Shown here piece after piece: positions 1-8,648 of a stretch of DNA of 16,236 nt. Each line of letters starts with the position of its first letter. The first letter of the stretch is position 1. The notes under the pieces are model-generated. The model made no database searches and was not told where the DNA came from. It saw only the letters and a program-made list of their open reading frames with translations. The stretch comes from Promethearchaeota archaeon (lineage in GTDB: Archaea; Asgardarchaeota; Lokiarchaeia; Sigyniarchaeales; SOKP01): contig JABCSY010000094.1 in the NCBI GenBank assembly GCA_018238625.1, positions 1-16,236 of the forward strand. The letters run 5' to 3'. A program made the translations under genes and the position numbers.

Positions 1-1533
1 AACGTGATTTTTTTTGCATTCGTGAAATATCTTTCTGCTAATATCGGCTCCATTTTCCGAGAAATAGGCAATTCCGATATATTCGTAATCAGCCATTTTT
101 TTATCTATGTTTTTTCCAATTCTCACGATATCGTTATCCTTCTGATGTAGGACTCTTCTTTCTTTTAGCGGTTTATTTTTCGTTAGAACTAAATCGAGTT
201 TTTTGTCGATATCGTGTTTATGGTAGGCGTAAGAATTATCTACGACTAAAACTATGTCTTTCTTGGCGTTTAACAAGTTATTAATGATCTGTTGATCGAA
301 TAGAACATCTGAATTCAGATATATGAATCCATCGGTCATATCGTCTTCCGCTTTAAATAGGGAAAACAATATATGAGACTTATCATACTCGTCGTTATCG
401 ATATATTTTGCGCCATCAACGTTATAAAGTGATTTCTTATAGCCTCTTATTACGGTTATGTCTTTAATTCCACACGCATTTAAAGTCTCGATTTGTCTTT
501 GGAGTATTGATTTGCCTTTTATTTTTATTAAAGATTTTGGAGTGTCAAAAGAAGGGTCCTTCCCCGCAGCGGGTATAATAACTCTAATTCTTCCTTTTGT
601 ATATTTCATATCTTTTTTCTTTACTTCTAGAAACCCAACGTCTTCGAATATTGTTTTTACAGGGCTGCACATCGATTCGGCTTCAAAACCCCTTTTATTT
701 TTCAAAATCTTTAGAGCCGTCTCTTGCATGACTTTATGAGCGGAGCGTAATAATTGGTTGGCGTAAATAACGACATTAAACCCATATCCTTTTAGTTCTT
801 CTTCGGTAATTATATTATATGTCGTTGGGACGCATATTAGTGGCTTTCTAAATCCTAATTCGTCTGTTAATTTTTTGTATTCTTTAGCGAACTCAAATAT
901 TTCGCTAGGGTTGTCTATTTTAGAGTGAATTAAAATACCATCTGCTCCAGCTTTTAGATATTTTTTAGCCCGAAAGAGAGCGTCTTCTAATCCTAACCCC
1001 GAGATGAAGCTTTCGATCCGAGCGACGATCATAAAGTCTTGGGACAGTTGGATTTTTTTTCCTCTTTTTATTTTGACGGCAAAAACGTCTGGATCTTCTT
1101 GAGTCTGTTTTGAACCCGATTCTAAGCTGTTTCTTTTTGGAAACTTTTTATCTTCTATTATAACCATCGAAACGCCCATGTCTTCTAAGCTTCGAACGAA
1201 ATATTCGAAATTAGTCGCTTCTCCACCAGTATCTCCGTCCACGATTAATGGTTTATGGGAGCTGTTTAAAATTTGTCGAATTGTTTCGTATCTAGATTCG
1301 GGTCCGATTATTTCAGCATCAGGATATCCTTTTGCGGCACTATCAGTCAAACTACTTTCCCAAATTGCGTCGAATTCATAAATCTCGTTACCAACTTGTT
1401 CTTTTACGTTGTTTGCAACTATAGCGCTAAGACCGCTATGTGCTTCAATGACTCTTATTAAGTCTTTCTCTTTTAACAGATTTTTCAGAGATTTCCTTCT
1501 ATTTTCCGGGGAGATTCTATTTCTAAAACTCAT
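1..1533 (-). CDS. pepM: Phosphoenolpyruvate mutase fused to a C-terminal NTP-transferase (PntC/LicC-like) domain; 3' end runs off the window
   Basis: Manual translation from ATG at 1533, open to base 1 (511 codons): MSFRNRISPENRRKSLKNLL...IEAHSGLSA...FDAIWESSLTDSAAKGYPD...IVDGDTGG...VIIEDKKFPKRNSL (PepM EDKxxxxxNS motif, 1126-1155)...ARIES...AGADGILIHSK...LICVPTTY...VIYANQLLRSA. From about 590 downward: VIIPAAGKD...PKSLIKIKGKSIL...VIRGYK...YLNSDVLFD, a GT-A nucleotidyltransferase fold. Absent from the ORF track because no stop codon lies in the window. Confidence 0.93.
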   Translation of the reverse strand, partial: MSFRNRISPENRRKSLKNLLKEKDLIRVIEAHSGLSAIVANNVKEQVGNEIYEFDAIWESSLTDSAAKGYPDAEIIGPESRYETIRQILNSSHKPLIVDGDTGGEATNFEYFVRSLEDMGVSMVIIEDKKFPKRNSLESGSKQTQEDPDVFAVKIKRGKKIQLSQDFMIVARIESFISGLGLEDALFRAKKYLKAGADGILIHSKIDNPSEIFEFAKEYKKLTDELGFRKPLICVPTTYNIITEEELKGYGFNVVIYANQLLRSAHKVMQETALKILKNKRGFEAESMCSPVKTIFEDVGFLEVKKKDMKYTKGRIRVIIPAAGKDPSFDTPKSLIKIKGKSILQRQIETLNACGIKDITVIRGYKKSLYNVDGAKYIDNDEYDKSHILFSLFKAEDDMTDGFIYLNSDVLFDQQIINNLLNAKKDIVLVVDNSYAYHKHDIDKKLDLVLTKNKPLKERRVLHQKDNDIVRIGKNIDKKMADYEYIGIAYFSENGADISRKIFHECKKNHV

Positions 1534-1611
1534 ATTTTCTATAGTAATGTAAAAATATTATTTCTAAATAATTTTTAGGTTAAAAAGTGGAGCACTAAAT
1601 AAATGAAGTAA

Positions 1612-2832
1612 TTATGTATATTTAATTTTTAAAAAGTCTAAAATTCTTTTTGTAGAATTACCATCTACATATTTGTTAAAGCGATCTCTTATTATCCTTC
1701 GTTTTTCTGCGTATATTTTTTCAATTTCATCAATATCTCTTAGTGCTTCAATTAATTCGTTAATAGTAAATAACATAGGTCCAGGCGCAATATCGTTTAA
1801 ATCGTAATACATGCCTCGTTTTTTAGCATACTCTTCCAGATCGTATGGAAATAATAGGATTGGTTTATCTAATAAAGAAAAATCAACCATTGTTGAAGAG
1901 TAATCAGTTATTAATACATCTGAAATTAAATATAGCTCATGAATGTCTACTTCTTTTGAGATATTTCTAATATTAACATAATCTTGATGATCGAACAAGT
2001 TTCCAAAAGGATGGCCTTTCAATAGAAAAAGCGAGTTAGTTTCCTTAAGCGTATCGTCTAAATCTTTCAAATCTCTATTCGAGATTTTAAAACCTGAAGT
2101 TTTAAAGTCTCTAAATGTTGGGCAATATAGTATAATTCTATTAAAATCTTCAGCTATTTCAAATTTTTTCTTTAAAGTTTTTACAAATTCCCCATCTTTG
2201 TTAAATAAGATATCGTGCCTTGGATATCCTAAATTAAGAATTTTATTTAGAGGGACATCAAATGCTGAGCTTAAATTCTTATGTTCTAAGTCGCCCGTTG
2301 TTGGAGTTAATATGAAATCTATGTATTGATCGTATTTCAATTTTAATTTAAAGATATTGCCCCATTTTGTATATACATAGTTAACTGTTTCGTCAAGAAC
2401 TATTTTTTTAATTGGAGTTCCATGCCAAGTTTGAATAACTGTTGTGTCAGGAGATATTTCTATTGGTAATAAATCGTAAATTCCTTGAGTAATAAAAATA
2501 AATTTTGCTTTTCTCAATAGTCTAATTGCATTAATATTTAACGAGTAAATTGCATTATAACCGTTTTTTTTAAGCTCTTTGACTAAAGTCTTTGATTTGG
2601 CCATCCATACTACTCGATAATTTGAATGCTTAGATAAGAATTCAAATAGTGTGCGCGTATTACCTAAATATGTATTGCCCCCATAAGCGCCCATAATAAT
2701 TAGGTCCTCGTCAATATCGCCCCGAAACAATCTGGAAATAATTTTAAAACCGAAAGGTACGAGAATATCCCTTGTAAATTTATAATAATTACTATTTTTT
2801 ATGAACGAGAACCTCTCAAGTTGTAAATTCAT
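1612..2832 (-). CDS. CDP-glycerol glycerophosphotransferase (TagB/TagF) family protein
   Basis: Family motifs QTWHGTPIKKI, LGYPRHD, ILYCPTFRD, KGHP, SDVLITDYSS, FPYDLEEY..RGMY, DGNSTKRI. Confidence 0.9.
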   Translation of the reverse strand: MNLQLERFSFIKNSNYYKFTRDILVPFGFKIISRLFRGDIDEDLIIMGAYGGNTYLGNTRTLFEFLSKHSNYRVVWMAKSKTLVKELKKNGYNAIYSLNINAIRLLRKAKFIFITQGIYDLLPIEISPDTTVIQTWHGTPIKKIVLDETVNYVYTKWGNIFKLKLKYDQYIDFILTPTTGDLEHKNLSSAFDVPLNKILNLGYPRHDILFNKDGEFVKTLKKKFEIAEDFNRIILYCPTFRDFKTSGFKISNRDLKDLDDTLKETNSLFLLKGHPFGNLFDHQDYVNIRNISKEVDIHELYLISDVLITDYSSTMVDFSLLDKPILLFPYDLEEYAKKRGMYYDLNDIAPGPMLFTINELIEALRDIDEIEKIYAEKRRIIRDRFNKYVDGNSTKRILDFLKIKYT

Positions 2833-3028
2833 TATAAATTTCTCTTTCTTAGTAATTTGCTTTATAATTTTTAATTTTATAATATCACATTATCAAGTTA
2901 TATCTAATAATTATTTAGTTTCTTTCTTCTTTTTTGATACGATTTTAATATTCTTCTTATTAATTTATTATCTTTGTTAAAATATAACGAAATCTGAATT
3001 AGATAGTTGTGATATTTGTGATAACAGT

Positions 3029-3037
3029 TAAATATAC
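3029..3037 (+). promoter_or_regulatory. Possible archaeal TATA box for a leaderless transcript
   Basis: TTAAATATA lies about 20-28 nt upstream of ATG 3057 and there is no Shine-Dalgarno motif. Weak because the region is very AT-rich. Confidence 0.3.
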
Positions 3038-3056
3038 AATTAACAAAATATCATTT

Positions 3057-5075
3057 ATGTCCAAATCTAAATTAATAATAGGAATAATTTTAGTAGTTGT
3101 TGGTGGTGGTTTAATACCAACAGGATTTTTTGTAAACCAAATGTTCGTTGATCAAATTGCTGAGGGAGTTCCTGACGCACTTTTAGCTGTTGAAGACGAA
3201 GCCCTTCCATCTTTAGAAGAACAACTACCGGTTTTAGGTACGCCAGATGTACTTTTGGGTGTTGAAGACGGAGCACTTACTTCCTTAGAAGAACAACTGC
3301 CTGTTCTTACAACTCCTGCTGTCTTATTTGCTCTTAAGGAAGAGGCAGTAGGCACATTGCCGCTTATTATCAACGGTTCAGGTGCAGCCATAGTGATAAA
3401 CCAAACAATAACTGGTGTTGCTGGTGCAATTGGTTATCCTGCTGCTAAGGCACAATTCTTTAATAGCCCTACATTTCAAGCAACTTATGGCACGCCCCAA
3501 GGGGTTTCAGACTATTACGATACGCTAGCTGGTGATTTTGATGTGGTAAACCTTGGTTATACCGTTACTGCTCAAAATAATTTACTATATGGCGTGGGGC
3601 CTTTACCAGGATTAATTACAGATCTTGATATAGGGGAGGGTCTTCTGGGTTATATGGAACTCTACCTTAACGTAACTTTAGGTGATCAGGCGCTAAATGC
3701 AACTATGCAAAGCCTTTACAATGCTACATGGACTCAACTTGAATATCTTGCGGGCTATATAAAAAACTATCTATGGGATGGTGTGGTTAAATCAACATAT
3801 TCACCACCATATACCATAGAACAGTATGCTGAATTAGTATTTTACGCTCAGTGGGCTAATGGATCCGTTATCGAAGGTGGAATTGATTTAAGTCTCTTCA
3901 AGGATACGCTACCAGAAGATACTTTCGGTCTTGAAGCAGGTGTTCCAAACCCCACTAACATTACAGTACCCACATGCATGGCTCTTTGGGATGGTTCAAA
4001 TCCATACTCATTTGTAAACGATAGTGGGATTTTAATATGGGTTGGTGCGATGCAAGGAAATGTAACCCTCCAAGGTTATTTAATCGGAGCATTTAGTCTC
4101 ACTGGAGCTCAATTAACCATACTACTAGGTTGGCTTGGGAATTTTATGACTAATCTCGTTCCACTTTTGCTTTTTGACGAAACAGGGTATACCGTACCAG
4201 AACTAGCACAACTCGCATTCTATGAACAATGGGCTAATGGGACAATACAGGGGGCAGCAGTTTTACCTGATGGATTTTTAAATGAACTTAGTGCTTCCTT
4301 TGCGGGTGCGCCATATTTCGAAGTTGGATTACCAAGTCCTAGTGGACTTTCACTTACTGAAACTATGAATTTATGGGATGAAGCGAATGCTCTTACTTTT
4401 GTTAATATGGATGGTATCTTAGTCTGGCTTGGAGCAATTTCAAACGCGACTCTTCAAGGTACATTAATAGCAACGTTTGGCATATCTGCTGGTGAATTAA
4501 CAGCGCTTCTAGCCTGGTTGGGTGCTTTTCTTACAGTACGAGTTCCACAGCTTATTGAGTATGAAACAGGATATACTATACCAGAACTTGCTCAAGTTTC
4601 ATTTTATGAACAATGGGCTAACGGTACTATTCAAGGTCTAAGTATTTTACCTGATGGATTTTTAGCTGAACTTGATCCACCTTTACTAGGACCTCCCTAC
4701 TTCGAAGTTGGCTTAACAGAAGGTTCAACAGGCTTAACAGTTTTACAATGTGCTGCACTCTGGGATAATACAAGCGAATATTCACTCGTAACTGCAAGTG
4801 GAATAAATAAGTGGTATCAGGCAGAATCATCCAGTACTACATATGATGATTTAAGAACTAATAATGGTGGTATTTCTGCTGCGCAAATGACCCAAATTCT
4901 TGATTGGCTACCAAAATTTAGGGATATAATCGTAAATAAGTTAGCAAAAGAGGAATTGGGCTTACCGATGGAACCATATGATCTTGGAAATACACTCCTT
5001 ATGAGTCTAGGTGCTGGAGGCGGAACATTAGCCGTTATAGGCGTAGTACTATTAATATTATCGAAGAGAAAATAA
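3057..5075 (+). CDS. Uncharacterised membrane-anchored repeat glycoprotein (N- and C-terminal hydrophobic helices, about 672 aa)
   Basis: ATG 3057 (MSKSKLIIGIILVVVGGGLIP) is preferred over GTG 3009. C-terminal TM segment GGTLAVIGVVLLILSKRK, internal repeats, 13 N-X-S/T sequons, and visibly higher GC than neighbouring genes. Confidence 0.8.
   Translation: MSKSKLIIGIILVVVGGGLIPTGFFVNQMFVDQIAEGVPDALLAVEDEALPSLEEQLPVLGTPDVLLGVEDGALTSLEEQLPVLTTPAVLFALKEEAVGTLPLIINGSGAAIVINQTITGVAGAIGYPAAKAQFFNSPTFQATYGTPQGVSDYYDTLAGDFDVVNLGYTVTAQNNLLYGVGPLPGLITDLDIGEGLLGYMELYLNVTLGDQALNATMQSLYNATWTQLEYLAGYIKNYLWDGVVKSTYSPPYTIEQYAELVFYAQWANGSVIEGGIDLSLFKDTLPEDTFGLEAGVPNPTNITVPTCMALWDGSNPYSFVNDSGILIWVGAMQGNVTLQGYLIGAFSLTGAQLTILLGWLGNFMTNLVPLLLFDETGYTVPELAQLAFYEQWANGTIQGAAVLPDGFLNELSASFAGAPYFEVGLPSPSGLSLTETMNLWDEANALTFVNMDGILVWLGAISNATLQGTLIATFGISAGELTALLAWLGAFLTVRVPQLIEYETGYTIPELAQVSFYEQWANGTIQGLSILPDGFLAELDPPLLGPPYFEVGLTEGSTGLTVLQCAALWDNTSEYSLVTASGINKWYQAESSSTTYDDLRTNNGGISAAQMTQILDWLPKFRDIIVNKLAKEELGLPMEPYDLGNTLLMSLGAGGGTLAVIGVVLLILSKRK
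3168..3350 (+). repeat. Intragenic 72-nt (24-aa) tandem repeat, two full copies plus a degenerate third
   Basis: VPDALLAVEDEALPSLEEQLPVLG / TPDVLLGVEDGALTSLEEQLPVLT / TPAVLFALKEEAV. GTTGAAGACG at 3189 and 3261; TTAGAAGAACAACT at 3213 and 3285. Confidence 0.85.
3810..4920 (+). repeat. Three tandem intragenic domains of about 126-128 aa
   Basis: Units start at 3810, 4188 and 4572, each YT...A...FY.QWANG[ST]...E[AV]G...LWD....[ST][FL]V...GI..W....L.WL. The Q codons of QWANG are at 3849, 4227 and 4611. Confidence 0.9.
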
Positions 5076-5095
5076 AACTTCCAAAATATATATTC

Positions 5096-5106
5096 TTTTT
5101 TTTTTT
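5096..5106 (+). terminator. Oligo-T tract, putative archaeal-type terminator
   Basis: A run of 11 T about 20 nt after stop 5075, with no obvious GC hairpin before it. Confidence 0.45.
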
Positions 5107-5210
5107 ATTTTATCAATAAATTGCTTTATAGTTTCTAATAAGAAAAATTTTTAATTTTCGTATTATCTTTAATATTTATCAATCTTATTAAAAATAAAAA
5201 ATAGTTAACC

Positions 5211-6482
5211 ATGCTAAAAGAAATATTGTTTATTTCATACCATTTCCCCCCATTTAGCAAAATCTTGAGCATTAGAGCCGCAGAAGTTTCAAAAAGATTA
5301 GTGAATAATGGATATAAGATCTTTGTAGTAAGTTCAAAATCGAATAAAAATGCTTTTAAGGATATAAATTTACTACACAAAGTTAAGTCTCCCCTAATAA
5401 ATAACACGAGTGTTTTCAACCTCAGTTTCGCAATAAAAAGTGTGAATTCAAATATTCGAAAAAAACCATTATACTTTGAATTATTGAATCTTATTCTTTT
5501 TCTCCATTGGATTCCATTAGCATTCCTTGCTTGCAAAAGACAAATTAGAAAGAATGATATTAGGTTGATATATGTTTCCGCGCCTCCATTTTTTACTTTA
5601 ATATTAGGATATTTTTTGAAGTTAATCTTTAAAATTCCTTTAATTATTGAATACAGGGATCCATGGTCCTATAACCCCTATTTGAAAGGGACAATGTCAT
5701 CTTCGGTGGAAAATTTTTATTTATACATTGAAAAAAAAATATTAAAAACGGCTGATGGGATTTTTGCAATCAGTAATGGTATGAAAACGTTCTTAAGGAC
5801 AAATTTCTCAACTGAAATCAAAAACACAGAAATTCAAGTAATTCCCCATGGTATTAATATTGAAGATTTAAGAGTGATCCCTCAAAAAAAAGATTTTTCT
5901 AAAGAAATCACGTTTACGTTCACGGGTAATCTATACGGTCGAAGGGACCTTGAACCGTTAATCAAAATAGTATCTAAATCTCAAGAGAGTGGTTTTTTAG
6001 AGGGAATGTCTTTAAAAATAAATATTTTTGGCAAGTATGATAACAAGAAATTAAAATATTTAATTGAAAAATACAAAGTTTCCAACAATTTTGATTTAAA
6101 TGGATTTGTACCTCGGGATATCTGCTTAGATCAAATTACTAATTCTTCCTTAGCTTTGCATGTGGGAGAGAACCTTAATTATCCTACTCTAAGTTTTAAA
6201 GTGTGGGAATATTTAAGCATGGGGAAAAAAATACTCTATTTGGGGAGAGATGATTCTTATACAGCAGATTTTTTAGAAAAGAACAATCTAGGTTACACCA
6301 TTCCAATTAATGATTTGAAATTAGGACTAAAAAGATTTGAAGAAATAATAAGTGGTTTAAAAGAAAACCGAATCGAGTCAAACATCTATCCAGAACAACT
6401 GCGTCAATATACTTGGGATAATAGAGTTAAAGAAATTGAGATAATTTTTGCTAAATTTACTAAAGAGGACCATTTAAGATAG
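5211..6482 (+). CDS. Glycosyltransferase, GT-B fold, family 4-like
   Basis: ILFISYHFPP, YVSAPPF, PLIIEYRDPW, VIPHGI, FTFTGNLY..R, SFKVWEYLSMGKKIL, YTWDNR. Confidence 0.88.
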   Translation: MLKEILFISYHFPPFSKILSIRAAEVSKRLVNNGYKIFVVSSKSNKNAFKDINLLHKVKSPLINNTSVFNLSFAIKSVNSNIRKKPLYFELLNLILFLHWIPLAFLACKRQIRKNDIRLIYVSAPPFFTLILGYFLKLIFKIPLIIEYRDPWSYNPYLKGTMSSSVENFYLYIEKKILKTADGIFAISNGMKTFLRTNFSTEIKNTEIQVIPHGINIEDLRVIPQKKDFSKEITFTFTGNLYGRRDLEPLIKIVSKSQESGFLEGMSLKINIFGKYDNKKLKYLIEKYKVSNNFDLNGFVPRDICLDQITNSSLALHVGENLNYPTLSFKVWEYLSMGKKILYLGRDDSYTADFLEKNNLGYTIPINDLKLGLKRFEEIISGLKENRIESNIYPEQLRQYTWDNRVKEIEIIFAKFTKEDHLR

Positions 6483-6496
6483 TTAAGTGAATTATT

Positions 6497-8551
6497 ATGA
6501 GTAAACTCGAATTTTTGAAATATCTTAGACCTTTAAATTACTTTAACTTAGTAAATTATTATAAAATCCTATTCGAAAAATTCGTTCAAATTCCTATAAT
6601 TTATAAACGTAGGAGATATTTACGCAATTCAAAATCTTCAGAATTCCTTTACAATAAATTTATAGGAAATAATATATCTATTGATGAGTTATCTAAGATC
6701 TTTTTTCAAAAAAATATCTTTTATTATTCAAATATAGAAAGCCGTTCAGATATAATTAATATCTTGGACAAAAAATGCACTATAGAGAAGAATAAATTCA
6801 TTGATTATGCTAATTGTATTATTGAGAATGACTTTCAAATATTCGAAAAGCAATTAAAATTCGAAAAAGGTATAAATTGGCACTATGGTTTTGCAGAAAA
6901 TTACAATTGGAGTAGGATTCAATCTAACCAATTAGATATTATACCAAAAATTAATAATCAAAATGTTGATGTAAAATATGTTTGGGAGTTAAACAGACAA
7001 CTATTTTTGACGTATTTGGGGTTTGCTTATTATTACACGCAAGATGAGAAATATGCTCTCAAATTTAAGGAAATAATTTTACACTGGATAAGACACAATC
7101 CACCAATGATTGGAATTAATTGGTTTTCTGGGTTAGAAATTTCGATCCGTTTAACTTCTTGGATATTTTCGCTATATTTTTTTAAAAACTCAGAAATAAT
7201 CAACAATTCTCAATTTTTCAAGATTATTTTTCGATCTATGTTTCAACACGCTTATTATTTACGATTTTTCTATACCAAACGATCGTTCAATCATACTATT
7301 GGCGAATTATTTGGAGGATATTTGTTTTCTCATATATTTAACGATTGCAAGAAAATAAAAAACTGGGAACAAATCTCATTCAAGAAATTAAAAACGCAAA
7401 TATTATTACAGGTACGACCTGATGGATTCCATATAGAGCAGTCAGTTAATTACCACAGATTTGTACTTGAATTTTTTATGATTTTTCTTCTACTAAACAA
7501 AGATTTAATAGAAAGTCCTGAAGGGATTTTAATCAAGAAAATGGTAAAAAATTTATCGGTTATCGTTAAACCTAATGGAAAAGTTCCTTTAGTTGGTGAT
7601 GTTGATAATGGAAAAGTTCTTTTATTATCTGGTTATAATGATAAGTCCCATTTGGATTTAATAAACTTAGGATGCGTGTTATTCAAATCTTCTGACTTAA
7701 AACATATCGTTAAAAAATTATCTCCCATATCCCTCTTACTGTTTGGCCCCGAGGAGGTGAAATCAGTGGATTCTTTAGAATTCTATGAGCCAAAAAAAAA
7801 AGTTATATACTACGAAAATTCAGGTTATTTTCTTCTTAGAAACGGATGGGGCGATAAATCGAGTTACTTATTTGTCGATTTAGGAAACTTTGGTCCACAA
7901 AGAGCACCACATTCTCATAGCGGAATATCAAATATAATTTTATCTTGTAACGGAAAAGATATTTTAATAGATAGTGGAACAAAATCTTACAATAGATCAA
8001 TGGAAGAAAGAAATTATTTCAGGGGTAGCATAGCTCATAATGTAATTTCAATTGATAATAAAAATCAAGCAAAACCATCAAGTTGGTTTGGTTGGACTCA
8101 GAAACCCAAGACTAGTAGAAAGGTCGTGGAGAGTAATGATTTGATTCAAATTTTATGCAATCATGATGGATATAGCGGATTTTTAGTTCAAAGGTTAATT
8201 TTGGCTTCAAAAGACTTAAGATCTATTATTGTTAAAGACAAAGTTCAACCCGAAAGTAGAAAAAAGGATAATAAAAAACACAAAATAGAATTAAATTATC
8301 ATTTTCCTGAAGGAACATCGTTAGATGTCGATTTTAAAGGAAAGAATAGCGTCCTTATAAATAAAGAGATAATGCTAAGCATTTCCTCCAATTCTATTTT
8401 TGAATATAAATTGGAAAGTGCTGAAATTGCTCCCAAATATGGAGAGACTCACCAAATATCGGTTCTAAAGATACAAGTAATTGAAAGTTTTTCTAGTAAA
8501 AATAGCGTGAGTATCACTACTGAATTTAGGGTCATTAACCAATTAAATTAG
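6497..8551 (+). CDS. Heparinase II/III-like (alginate lyase fold) protein of polysaccharide loci
   Basis: DVKYVWELNR, WIRHNPPMIGINW, EISIR, NHTIGE, DGFHIEQSVNYHRFVLE, HSH, ILIDSGT, YFRGSIAHN, HDGY. Confidence 0.88.
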   Translation: MSKLEFLKYLRPLNYFNLVNYYKILFEKFVQIPIIYKRRRYLRNSKSSEFLYNKFIGNNISIDELSKIFFQKNIFYYSNIESRSDIINILDKKCTIEKNKFIDYANCIIENDFQIFEKQLKFEKGINWHYGFAENYNWSRIQSNQLDIIPKINNQNVDVKYVWELNRQLFLTYLGFAYYYTQDEKYALKFKEIILHWIRHNPPMIGINWFSGLEISIRLTSWIFSLYFFKNSEIINNSQFFKIIFRSMFQHAYYLRFFYTKRSFNHTIGELFGGYLFSHIFNDCKKIKNWEQISFKKLKTQILLQVRPDGFHIEQSVNYHRFVLEFFMIFLLLNKDLIESPEGILIKKMVKNLSVIVKPNGKVPLVGDVDNGKVLLLSGYNDKSHLDLINLGCVLFKSSDLKHIVKKLSPISLLLFGPEEVKSVDSLEFYEPKKKVIYYENSGYFLLRNGWGDKSSYLFVDLGNFGPQRAPHSHSGISNIILSCNGKDILIDSGTKSYNRSMEERNYFRGSIAHNVISIDNKNQAKPSSWFGWTQKPKTSRKVVESNDLIQILCNHDGYSGFLVQRLILASKDLRSIIVKDKVQPESRKKDNKKHKIELNYHFPEGTSLDVDFKGKNSVLINKEIMLSISSNSIFEYKLESAEIAPKYGETHQISVLKIQVIESFSSKNSVSITTEFRVINQLN

Positions 8552-8648
8552 TACTAAAGAATTTCTCGCAATATTTTTTTAGCAAAGCTTATTTATATAC
8601 TCATCAGCTAAAAGAACTTATAATATAATAAATTTAATCTCTAATCCT

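Noticed and set aside
458-1461. Short + strand ORFs 458-739, 1178-1381 and 1273-1461
   Set aside because: They are antisense shadows of the pepM fusion gene.
1-1533. Isocitrate/methylisocitrate lyase annotation
   Set aside because: The active-site loop is EDKKFPKRNS (PepM type), not K[KR]CGH, and the glycan context fits biosynthesis.
2833-3056. AT-rich intergenic regions (also 8552-8648 and 13070-13209) as ncRNA or replication origin
   Set aside because: No stable hairpin, tRNA fold or repeated boxes were visible. They are consistent with ordinary promoter regions.
4180-4720. Direct DNA repeats as a CRISPR array or DGR template/variable repeat pair
   Set aside because: They are in-frame protein domain duplications with mostly synonymous differences. 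There are no spacers, no adenine-specific pattern, and no cas or reverse transcriptase gene.
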